From a virus (lineage: Duplodnaviria; Heunggongvirae; Uroviricota; Caudoviricetes): DNA of 64,000 nucleotides. Both the position numbers and the translations under genes were made by a program. Under the pieces are notes generated by a model. That model was not told where the DNA came from, ran no database searches, and worked only from the letters and a program-made list of their open reading frames with translations. Below, in pieces: positions 20,355 through 26,387 of this stretch. The stretch lies in IMG/VR virus record IMGVR_UViG_3300043119_000732; one strand, given 5' to 3'. Within the stretch, counting starts at the first letter, position 1; every line of letters begins with the position of its first letter.

Positions 20355-20440
20355 ACGGTGTTGGTTAAGCTGGAATTTGGCAGACAGTATGCATTTAGAC
20401 TGCATGAGCCTTGAAGGTTCAACTCCTTCACACCGTACCA
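20355..20440 (+). tRNA. atypical tRNA, apparent anticodon TAG (Leu-like), expanded D region
   Basis: Perfect acceptor acggtgt/acaccgt. Anticodon arm atgca-ttTAGac-tgcat. T-arm gaagg-ttcaact-ccttc and CCA. The D region is about 25 nt and contains ggaatttggcagac, similar to Leu D-arms. Confidence 0.45.
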
Positions 20441-20447
20441 ATTTTAT

Positions 20448-20521
20448 TGAGATGTCGTATAAAAGTATTACCTCGGACTTTGACCCCGAAGAAGTTGGAG
20501 CGTTACCAGCCATCTCAGCCA
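20448..20521 (+). tRNA. tRNA-like gene, apparent anticodon TTG (Gln?), non-canonical T-loop (AGCGTTA)
   Basis: Acceptor tgagatg/catctca. Anticodon loop ctTTGac. T-arm gttgg-agcgtta-ccagc. CCA encoded. Confidence 0.4.
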
Positions 20522-20527
20522 TTTTAT

Positions 20528-20621
20528 AGTCAGGTAATGTAATTGGAAGCATCGACGGCCTTATAAACCGTGAGCACTAGATTGGTGCCGAGCGAGGGTT
20601 CAATTCCCTCCCTGACTACCA
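20528..20621 (+). tRNA. type II tRNA (long variable arm), isotype unresolved (loop ccttataaa)
   Basis: Acceptor agtcagg/cctgact. D-arm atg-taattggaag-cat. Two internal hairpins. Canonical T-arm gaggg-ttcaatt-ccctc. CCA encoded. Confidence 0.5.
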
Positions 20622-20622
20622 T

Positions 20623-20698
20623 GGTAGAGAGGCCGAACGGTTTAGGCAAGAGTTTCATAAGCTCTTATTTGTGAGTTCAAGTCTCACCTCTACCACCA
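20623..20698 (+). tRNA. tRNA-Met (CAT)
   Basis: Acceptor ggtagag/ctctacc. Anticodon arm aagagt-ttCATaa-gctctt. T-arm gtgag-ttcaagt-ctcac. CCA encoded. Confidence 0.7.
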
Positions 20699-20766
20699 TA
20701 TTTAATAATGTAACGGTAAGAACGCTTACAAGTCAATATTTCAGATTAGTTACATCGCCAATTTAT

Positions 20767-20838
20767 TGCAGTGAGGCAGGTTGCCCAAGGAGTCTCATAA
20801 GCTACCTTCTCTGGTTTCGAGTACCAGCGCTGCACCCA
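20767..20838 (+). tRNA. short atypical tRNA with CAT anticodon loop (Met/Ile2-like)
   Basis: Perfect acceptor tgcagtg/cgctgca. Anticodon loop ctCATaa. T-arm ctggt-ttcgagt-accag. CCA encoded. The D region is shortened. Confidence 0.4.
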
Positions 20839-20975
20839 ATTTAAGTTCATCCAGCAATACTAAATGTCATTGAATACAACAAAAAGCTGAACTTAGTAAT
20901 AAAAGTCCGCACAGCAATCAAAAGCAATTGAATATTAATCAATACAAGCTAAAAACGGACTTTGAAATTTTTTAT

Positions 20976-21052
20976 GCCGATGTCGTCTAATTGGTTAGGA
21001 CACCTCCCTTTCACGGAGAAGCTTGGCGGTTCGATCCCGCTCATCGGTACCA
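20976..21052 (+). tRNA. tRNA-Glu (TTC)
   Basis: Acceptor gccgatg/catcggt. Anticodon arm ctcc-ctTTCac-ggag. T-arm ggcgg-ttcgatc-ccgct. CCA encoded. Confidence 0.65.
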
Positions 21053-21058
21053 TTTTAT

Positions 21059-21134
21059 GTCTCGTTGGTCGAGTGGTTACAGGCTTTTCTCTGCAAAAGA
21101 AATTACATAGGTTCAATTCCTATACGAGACTCCA
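21059..21134 (+). tRNA. tRNA-Cys (GCA)
   Basis: Acceptor gtctcgt/acgagac. Anticodon arm tttct-ctGCAaa-agaaa. T-arm atagg-ttcaatt-cctat. CCA encoded. Confidence 0.7.
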
Positions 21135-21143
21135 TTTTTTTAC

Positions 21144-21222
21144 GCCCTAGTAGCCCAATTGGTAGTATGGCCAGAGTCTTAAACACTCTTCAGTGTGAGT
21201 TCGAATCTCACCTAGGGTACCA
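21144..21222 (+). tRNA. class-I tRNA with TAA anticodon (Leu-decoding anticodon on a short-variable-arm scaffold)
   Basis: Acceptor gccctag/ctagggt. Anticodon arm agagt-ctTAAac-actct. Variable loop only 5 nt. T-arm gtgag-ttcgaat-ctcac. CCA encoded. Confidence 0.5.
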
Positions 21223-21261
21223 CTTTAAGTATATACAGCAAAAATAAAACGCAATCATCAT

Positions 21262-21302
21262 ATACAGATGCTAGTGTGGGTTCAATTCCCACCTCTCCAC
21301 CC
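21262..21302 (+). pseudogene. tRNA 3'-half fragment (T-arm plus acceptor 3' strand plus CCA) with no matching 5' half
   Basis: gtggg-ttcaatt-cccac is followed by ctctcca-c-cca. The complementary tggagag lies 12 nt downstream, not upstream. Confidence 0.4.
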
Positions 21303-21371
21303 AATTTATACTTTATTGGAGAGTAGTGTAACGGTAGCACAGTAAACGCAAAAAATATACTTAGTTTTTTA

Positions 21372-21458
21372 CGCGTCGGTTCCCTTAGCGGCGAAAGGTC
21401 GAGCCTTTTAAGCTCACGGTTTAAACCCATCGAGGGTTCGAGTCCCTCCCGACGCACC
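21372..21458 (+). tRNA. type II tRNA with apparent TTT anticodon loop (cttttaa); identity uncertain
   Basis: Acceptor gcgtcgg/ccgacgc. Anticodon stem gagc/gctc with loop ctTTTaa. Variable arm contains ggtttaaacc. T-arm gaggg-ttcgagt-ccctc. CCA encoded. Confidence 0.45.
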
Positions 21459-21463
21459 ATTTT

Positions 21464-21538
21464 TGCTCCTATAGTCTAATGGATAGGCACCGGTCTTCTA
21501 AGCCGTATTATGTAGGTTCGAGCCCTACTGGGAGCGCC
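21464..21538 (+). tRNA. tRNA-Arg (TCT)
   Basis: Acceptor gctccta/tgggagc. Anticodon loop ctTCTaa. T-arm gtagg-ttcgagc-cctac. CCA encoded. Confidence 0.6.
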
Positions 21539-21696
21539 ATTTTTGTTCATGTACCAAGCGTACAGTGAGCTTTCGGGTCTGTTATGCAGACCCAGTCTCT
21601 TTATCTAAAGATGCGGGTTCAAGGTCCGCTCCTCTCTTACCCAATAGAACAAGGAGGATAGTTCAACATGGTAGAACATTAGATATAAATTTTTAT

Positions 21697-21771
21697 TGCC
21701 TGCTCGTATTCTGGCGAGTACCCCTGACTGTTAATCAGGTGAGCGTGGATCGTAACCACGGCGGGCAGCCA
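21697..21771 (+). tRNA. tRNA-Asn (GTT) with non-canonical T-loop (ATCGTAA)
   Basis: Acceptor tgcctgc/gcgggca. Anticodon arm cctga-ctGTTaa-tcagg. T-arm cgtgg-atcgtaa-ccacg. CCA encoded. Confidence 0.6.
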
Positions 21772-21778
21772 TTTTTAT

Positions 21779-21871
21779 GGAGAGTTGGCCGAGTACGGTT
21801 TATGGCATCTATCTTGAAAATAGAAGGGTCCTCAAAAGCCCCGACGGGTTCAAATCCCTCACTCTCCTCCA
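21779..21871 (+). tRNA. tRNA-Ser (TGA), type II
   Basis: Acceptor ggagagt/actctcc. Anticodon arm tctat-ctTGAaa-ataga. Long variable arm. T-arm acggg-ttcaaat-ccctc. CCA encoded. Confidence 0.75.
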
Positions 21872-21931
21872 CTTTAACATACGTACTATACCTCTTGTTA
21901 TCAATGTGAATAATGGGTACGTGTAATTTAT

Positions 21932-22007
21932 GCATCGTTCGCATAGTGGTTAGTGCGCCTCTCTTCCAAAGAGGATTCCGTGAGTTCGAATCTCACACGA
22001 TGCTCCA
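21932..22007 (+). tRNA. tRNA-Gly (TCC)
   Basis: Acceptor gcatcgt/acgatgc. Anticodon arm cctct-ctTCCaa-agagg. T-arm gtgag-ttcgaat-ctcac. CCA encoded. Confidence 0.8.
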
Positions 22008-22097
22008 TTTTGCGAAAGCAACTAACCTATAATACTCAGCGCTAAGTCAGGTATAAGGAAATTATAGGAAAGCAAAGACCTAATGTTGCTACCTTTA

Positions 22098-22178
22098 TGC
22101 ATCAGTGCCCGGAGTTCGTTTAACGGTCCTCGCTCTTAACGAGATTTACATGGGTTAAAATCCCATCTGATGCACCAA
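22098..22178 (+). tRNA. tRNA-Lys (CTT)-like with non-canonical T-loop (TTAAAAT)
   Basis: Acceptor tgcatca/tgatgca. Anticodon arm ctcg-ctCTTaa-cgag. T-arm atggg-ttaaaat-cccat. CCA encoded. The D-loop is enlarged. Confidence 0.5.
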
Positions 22179-22183
22179 TTTAC

Positions 22184-22261
22184 AGGAGATGGGACTGCAG
22201 GGTTGGTCACCGCTTTTACATAGCGATTAACAGAAGGGTTCGAGCCCCTTATCTCCTACCA
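22184..22261 (+). tRNA. tRNA-Val (TAC)
   Basis: Acceptor aggagat/atctcct. Anticodon loop ttTACat. T-arm aaggg-ttcgagc-ccctt. CCA encoded. Confidence 0.65.
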
Positions 22262-22386
22262 TTTTCTCAGGTTGTACGGTAGAAATCCGGAAAAACTAGA
22301 CCCTTTTCGATTGGGCTCTGGTAGAGGGCATCCAAACGTAATAGTAGGATTGTAAGATTGACGACCCTTACTTGGGACCAATTTAT

Positions 22387-22773
22387 GGGGGTGTACAGGA
22401 TTCGACTTAATTCGATACAGCTCTATTTGCAAGCAGAGATTGATATTATCTCTATAACTAGTATCAAAACTACAAATGGCAACATTGTAAATTACATCAA
22501 GAACTTCTTCAAGAGCGCTGCTCCTGTTGAGGCCCTTGCATTCGCTGCTTAATAAACAGCGATCGAAACTAGATTTGATTCTCACTAAAATTTAATTTCG
22601 TTATATAGTGAGATTAGAGAGTCAGTTATACATTGGGATTCTCTAGTATATAAATGTATACCACTATCTACAGGTTGTAGTATACCTTAAAATAGTTATT
22701 AAATACTACTAAGCTTGTAGATAATAGTGAGGTTTGGGTTAAACACGCGGGTTCAATTCCCGCCACCTCCACC
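22387..22773 (+). ncRNA. ssrA: tmRNA (SsrA), about 387 nt, phage-encoded
   Basis: The 5' end ggggg-tgtacaggattcgac matches the tmRNA signature GGGG…GGATTCGAC. The 3' end is a tRNA-like T-arm gcggg-ttcaatt-cccgc with acceptor cacctcc-a-CCA pairing the 5' gggggtg. Internal reading frame …KNFFKSAAPVEALAFAA then TAATAA, ending in the Ala-rich, degradation-tag-like C-terminus. Confidence 0.8.
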
Positions 22774-22778
22774 ATTTT

Positions 22779-23069
22779 ATGAATAGAAACGAAACGCTTG
22801 AACGTATTAAAGTCAAAATGAAGGAAAAAAATCCATCTATAAAAGATGTTGAATTCGTTGCAAAACGAGATCCTATAAATTTTGGAGCAATAACATATTC
22901 CGTTTTTATAAATGGAGAAAAAAGTCAGGATAGATTACTTGGTGAATTAATAGATGATTTAGAGTTTGTTGGATGTCATTATGCTCCAATAAACGAAAAA
23001 AGAATAGATGTAGTAGAAGAACTTGCTACATTATTATGTAATGTATATGATAGTTCGGAATTTAAATAA
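22779..23069 (+). CDS. hypothetical protein
   Basis: 96 aa ORF immediately after the tmRNA. Confidence 0.4.
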   Translation: MNRNETLERIKVKMKEKNPSIKDVEFVAKRDPINFGAITYSVFINGEKSQDRLLGELIDDLEFVGCHYAPINEKRIDVVEELATLLCNVYDSSEFK

Positions 23070-23261
23070 TTTTTGTTAACAAAGAAAACACATCGATTTC
23101 CAATAGTCGTGATGATCAAAGAGTGCAGTAAAAGTCTGAATATTGGAATAATTTAGGGAAAGCCGCCGTTGATCCAACGAAGAGAAGGCTTGACAGTTCG
23201 GAGAGATTGAACGACATTGCAGTGGATGAGTTGACACTGTAGATTATTAAATAACTCATAT

Positions 23262-23337
23262 TGGAGTTTGGTGAAGCAGGTGCTCACGTCTGCATGAAGA
23301 GCAGAAGATCTCGGATCGATACCGAGAGCTCCAGCCA
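23262..23337 (+). tRNA. tRNA-Phe (GAA) with non-canonical T-loop (ATCGATA)
   Basis: Acceptor tggagtt/agctcca. Anticodon arm tctgc-atGAAga-gcaga. T-arm ctcgg-atcgata-ccgag. CCA encoded. Confidence 0.6.
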
Positions 23338-23338
23338 C

Positions 23339-23412
23339 TGGCCTATAACACAATGATAGTGTGCTTGCCTGATTAGCGAGAAATGGGGGTTTAATTCCCT
23401 CTAGGCCAACCA
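23339..23412 (+). tRNA. tRNA-Ile (GAT)
   Basis: Acceptor tggccta/taggcca. Anticodon arm cttgc-ctGATta-gcgag. T-arm ggggg-tttaatt-ccctc. CCA encoded. Confidence 0.55.
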
Positions 23413-23415
23413 TTT

Positions 23416-23489
23416 ATCCAGCCATGTTCCAAGGTAGGCGATAGAGTCTCCAAAACTCAATGCGGTAAGTTCGATTCTTACGCTGGATG
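23416..23489 (+). tRNA. tRNA-Trp (CCA)
   Basis: Perfect acceptor atccagc/gctggat. Anticodon loop ctCCAaa. Canonical T-arm gtaag-ttcgatt-cttac. The 3' CCA is not encoded. Confidence 0.65.
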
Positions 23490-23515
23490 TTTTTATTTCT
23501 TAACTAAATATAATA

Positions 23516-23845
23516 GTGGGTAAACACATGATACAAAGTATGTTATCACGCGAAGGTAGCGTACTTAAAAAGTATGAAGATTATATAACACCTGATAGTA
23601 ATCTTTATATTAACCCTGATAATCCGGATTCTAATATAATCAGAAGTTTAGCTAAACGTAAAAATAAAGAAGAGACAGTTAAAAAGCATTATGCAGTTGC
23701 TGCAAAAGCAGGTAATTTATATACAAAAAATATACTTAAATTAGCTGAAGAGCAAGGAGTGAAACTAAAGGTAATACATCTTAATATATACCCTGGCGGT
23801 GCAACATCTTTCATGTATAGAATAGCTTTGCAAAAGATAGATTAA
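23516..23845 (+). CDS. hypothetical protein
   Basis: 109 aa ORF. Confidence 0.4.
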   Translation: MGKHMIQSMLSREGSVLKKYEDYITPDSNLYINPDNPDSNIIRSLAKRKNKEETVKKHYAVAAKAGNLYTKNILKLAEEQGVKLKVIHLNIYPGGATSFMYRIALQKID

Positions 23846-23856
23846 TAAATAATTAA

Positions 23857-24189
23857 ATGAATTTTGATCTTCTAATAGAAAAGACTCTATCCAACCTTGA
23901 TGCAAAGAATCAAGAATTTTTCAATGTTAGATCTAAAGGTGCAAAAAAGATAGAAGCATCTGCAAGAGCAAAAGGTGGTCCATCACTGCTTACAGCTCAA
24001 CACTTTAAAGCAAAAGAAATACCATACAAAGAATGTATTAAAAATATAGAGAATCCAAAATTTATTGAATCTAAAGCAGATCAATGCTTTTCTAAACTGA
24101 GAAGTTGGAAGAGTATGACACAGGCTGAATTTCAAAAAGTAACAGGTGAACTTGAAGCATACGGTGAGTGCCTTATTAAGCTAAAATAA
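23857..24189 (+). CDS. hypothetical protein
   Basis: 110 aa ORF. Confidence 0.4.
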   Translation: MNFDLLIEKTLSNLDAKNQEFFNVRSKGAKKIEASARAKGGPSLLTAQHFKAKEIPYKECIKNIENPKFIESKADQCFSKLRSWKSMTQAEFQKVTGELEAYGECLIKLK

Positions 24190-24192
24190 TTT

Positions 24193-24287
24193 GGAGGGTA
24201 GGTAGATATTGTTCTTGCTACATTTGTTTGCTAAACAAAACCGGACCTTAAAAGCCGGTGAGGGTTAAATTCCCTCACCCTCCGCCA
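24193..24287 (+). tRNA. tRNA-Ser (GCT), type II
   Basis: Acceptor ggagggt/accctcc. D-stem gtag/ctac. Anticodon arm tttgt-ttGCTaa-acaaa. Long variable arm accgg…ccggt. T-arm gaggg-ttaaatt-ccctc. CCA encoded. Confidence 0.65.
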
Positions 24288-24295
24288 TTTTTGTA

Positions 24296-24721
24296 TTGAT
24301 ACTGTATCTAATAAATAATAGTATGGAAGACAAGATTATAAGTGAAAAGTATCTAACTGAAATAGCGTTTACAAAAAGATACGATACAACAGATGATTAT
24401 TATATAATGTTCTGGATGGCTGATGATTACGACAACACTATACAACGTCTTTTTAGTAAAAGTTTAGAAGATACAGTAAGTATTGTCGGTTTGAATAGAC
24501 ACGATAAAAAGCAAGCAATCATTAAAAAACTAGAAGAAAAACCTCTAAACATATTTTACGCTATAGATACTTTTGAAGATAGTAGAGAGATAACGATGAT
24601 ATTAGTAGGTACAAACCCTAAGACTACAGATAAGATGAGTATAGAAATTAACGATAAATATGAAAACGATGCACCCAGTTTCTTTAAATTTCTAAGAGCA
24701 GAAGGTCTAAGAATAAAATGA
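24296..24721 (+). CDS. hypothetical protein
   Basis: 141 aa ORF. Confidence 0.4.
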   Translation: MILYLINNSMEDKIISEKYLTEIAFTKRYDTTDDYYIMFWMADDYDNTIQRLFSKSLEDTVSIVGLNRHDKKQAIIKKLEEKPLNIFYAIDTFEDSREITMILVGTNPKTTDKMSIEINDKYENDAPSFFKFLRAEGLRIK

Positions 24722-24906
24722 TCACGTTTAGTTTATTTTTTGAAGCCAATATACATAAAGCTAGACATCCTGGAAGATTTAAAGCAAAGGTAACTAAACG
24801 CTTTGGTAAAGGTAAGATAACTTGTTCTAAAGCAAGATCTTTTACTTCAAGTAGAGACACACTTACTAAGAAACAAGCAAATAGATTTATTAATTACCAC
24901 TGTTAG
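24718..24906 (+). CDS. hypothetical small basic protein
   Basis: 62 aa ORF, K/R-rich. Confidence 0.3.
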   Translation: MITFSLFFEANIHKARHPGRFKAKVTKRFGKGKITCSKARSFTSSRDTLTKKQANRFINYHC

Positions 24907-24929
24907 AAGGAACAAAAATAAAATTTGGT

Positions 24930-25277
24930 ATGGGAAAAGCTAGATACAGATGTCCTTTACTCGATAAACCAAATCAATGGCATGTTGTTCTTGATATAGA
25001 ACAACAACCTTTCAATTGGGTGTATCCAGATTATAAATGTCGACGTCTCTCTGTTACAAAAAAAGATGATGGTACGTACTTACCTTTGGTCAATGGATCT
25101 AATGATTTCCGTAACGTGCCATATGGTGAGACGTTTACAACAAGTAGCTTAGAAGAAGCTCAAAAGTTTTTATTTACATATATAGATAATATAATCGAGA
25201 GAGATAAAAGGCAAGACAAATCTCAATTAAAAGAGTATCTTAAAACGTATGTTGATAGAAAGCTTAAAGAGCAATAA
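24930..25277 (+). CDS. hypothetical protein
   Basis: 115 aa ORF. Confidence 0.4.
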   Translation: MGKARYRCPLLDKPNQWHVVLDIEQQPFNWVYPDYKCRRLSVTKKDDGTYLPLVNGSNDFRNVPYGETFTTSSLEEAQKFLFTYIDNIIERDKRQDKSQLKEYLKTYVDRKLKEQ

Positions 25278-25315
25278 TTTTTAGTAGTCTCTCTGTGCCT
25301 CTCATGCATAATATA

Positions 25316-25343
25316 ATGTAAGTAATTGCGCAATTACTTACAT
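25316..25343. promoter_or_regulatory. perfect 28-nt palindrome (14-bp stem hairpin)
   Basis: atgtaagtaattgc|gcaattacttacat sits between the last protein gene and the next tRNA block. Confidence 0.5.
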
Positions 25344-25378
25344 TATAGCATTGAAGCATAATTCAGGGAGAGTTTATT

Positions 25379-25454
25379 GGGGAGTTAGCTCATTCAGTAG
25401 AGCAATTGCTTTGCAAGCAATAGGTGACCGGAGCAAAGCCGGTATTCTCCACCA
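25379..25454 (+). tRNA. tRNA-Ala (TGC) with non-canonical T-loop (AGCAAAG)
   Basis: Acceptor ggggagt/attctcc. D-arm gctc-attcagtag-agc. Anticodon arm attgc-ttTGCaa-gcaat. T-arm accgg-agcaaag-ccggt. CCA encoded. Confidence 0.6.
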
Positions 25455-25460
25455 CTTTAT

Positions 25461-25536
25461 GTCTCGTTAGTTCAATGGATCAGAACCTTCGGCTACGGAC
25501 CGAACGATGGAAGTTCGACTCTTCCACGGGACACCA
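25461..25536 (+). tRNA. tRNA-Arg (ACG)
   Basis: Acceptor gtctcgt/acgggac. Anticodon arm ttcgg-ctACGga-ccgaa. T-arm ggaag-ttcgact-cttcc. CCA encoded. Confidence 0.75.
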
Positions 25537-25568
25537 CTTTCTCGAAGACTAATTATCTTCGAGTATGT

Positions 25569-25644
25569 TCGATCGTGACGCCGTTTAGTAAGGCAGAGAA
25601 GCTGGCAAAGTGTCTGCCCGCGGGTGCGAATCCCGTCGGTCGAA
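25569..25644 (+). tRNA. tRNA-like gene, isotype unresolved (oversized anticodon-region loop)
   Basis: Acceptor tcgatcg/cggtcga. T-arm gcggg-tgcgaat-cccgt. The central stem gcaga/tctgc encloses a 15-nt loop. No encoded CCA. Confidence 0.3.
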
Positions 25645-25764
25645 CTACAAATTTGAGAATAGAACAATGGTAGGTGAAACCAAGATGTATATCTTTAGAT
25701 TTAAGTCTGTTCTTTCTTTTCAGAAAGTCTAATCACCGATACTACTGAAAAGTTCTCAATTTAT

Positions 25765-25843
25765 GGGGACATCGTCTAAAAACGTAAAGGACATACCTCT
25801 CTCACAGGTAAAATGCCGGCTCGCATTCCGGTTGCCCCCACCA
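25765..25843 (+). tRNA. tRNA-like, apparent anticodon CTC (Glu-like), non-canonical T-loop
   Basis: Acceptor ggggaca/tgccccc with one mismatch. Anticodon arm tacct-ctCTCac-aggta. T-arm ccgg-ctcgcat-tccgg. CCA encoded. Confidence 0.4.
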
Positions 25844-25918
25844 CTTTCTTTCGGCCATCTGGCACCAAGGCATGCTGCCGTTGAGTTCGGCGGATGGAAT
25901 TGCAATCCGAAAGAATAT

Positions 25919-25994
25919 GCACCAGTGACCGGAAAGGCTACGGCTCAGATTGCAACCCTGATTCATGTCGGTTCAAATCCGACCTGGTGCTCCA
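25919..25994 (+). tRNA. tRNA with GCA anticodon (second Cys-like copy)
   Basis: Acceptor gcaccag/ctggtgc. Anticodon arm tcag-ttGCAac-ctga. T-arm gtcgg-ttcaaat-ccgac. CCA encoded. Confidence 0.55.
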
Positions 25995-26297
25995 CTTTCG
26001 GACCAGAATTGAAGCTGGTGGTGTAAACCTTGGAACAACTGAATGACTTCAATTTCAGCCGTATAGGGGAAGAAACTTACCGAAAGCTTTTATCAGGAGA
26101 TGATGTAGTGATTAGCATACTAGGCTGTGAACCTGGGTGGCAGAGTTTGATTCTCTGGCTCCTGACCAATTTGACGGTAATGGCTGAGTTCGACTCAACA
26201 AGGCAAGTCCAGCAGTTCGCCTTCTGTAACCGTAACCTCCAAGCCTTATGGCTTCGGATATGGCCTTCGTTCCGTTCGCCCGATAAGTAACGGATAT

Positions 26298-26374
26298 GCT
26301 CAGGTAGCCCAACGGTAGAGGCGTCGGTCTTAGAAGCCGAATAGTGATGGGTTCAAATCCCTCCCTGAGCACCA
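26298..26374 (+). tRNA. class-I tRNA with TAG anticodon (Leu-decoding anticodon, short variable arm)
   Basis: Acceptor gctcagg/cctgagc. Anticodon arm tcggt-ctTAGaa-gccga. 5-nt variable loop. T-arm atggg-ttcaaat-ccctc. CCA encoded. Confidence 0.55.
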
Positions 26375-26387
26375 AACAAAGAATAAA

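Noticed and set aside
21262-21340. Permuted (3' half before 5' half) tRNA gene hypothesis
   Set aside because: The acceptor strands of the upstream 3' half (ctctcca) and the downstream 5' half (tggagag) are perfectly complementary. However, the two halves lack complementary anticodon-stem strands and cannot form a cloverleaf. The pairing simply forms a local hairpin. It is treated as a tRNA fragment plus hairpin.
22262-22380. Additional tRNA immediately upstream of the tmRNA (ends …cttgggaCCA)
   Set aside because: A D-arm-like segment (gggctctggtagagggcatcc) and a terminal CCA are present. No complementary 5' acceptor strand or T-arm could be found, so it is left as an unassigned tRNA-like remnant.
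20286-26375. ORF-track entries overlapping the tRNA/tmRNA island (20286..20552-, 20962..21150+, 21023..21247+, 21212..21460-, 21565..21909+, 21735..21944-, 22256..22585-, 22358..22552+, 23153..23413-, 25467..25667-, 25763..26026+, 26030..26290+, 26112..26375-)
   Set aside because: They run straight across multiple tRNA genes or the tmRNA and show the peptide signatures of translated tRNA sequence (GFEP, GVEPS, GSNP). The only exception is that the 22358 frame coincides with the tmRNA tag reading frame, and only its last codons are meaningful there.
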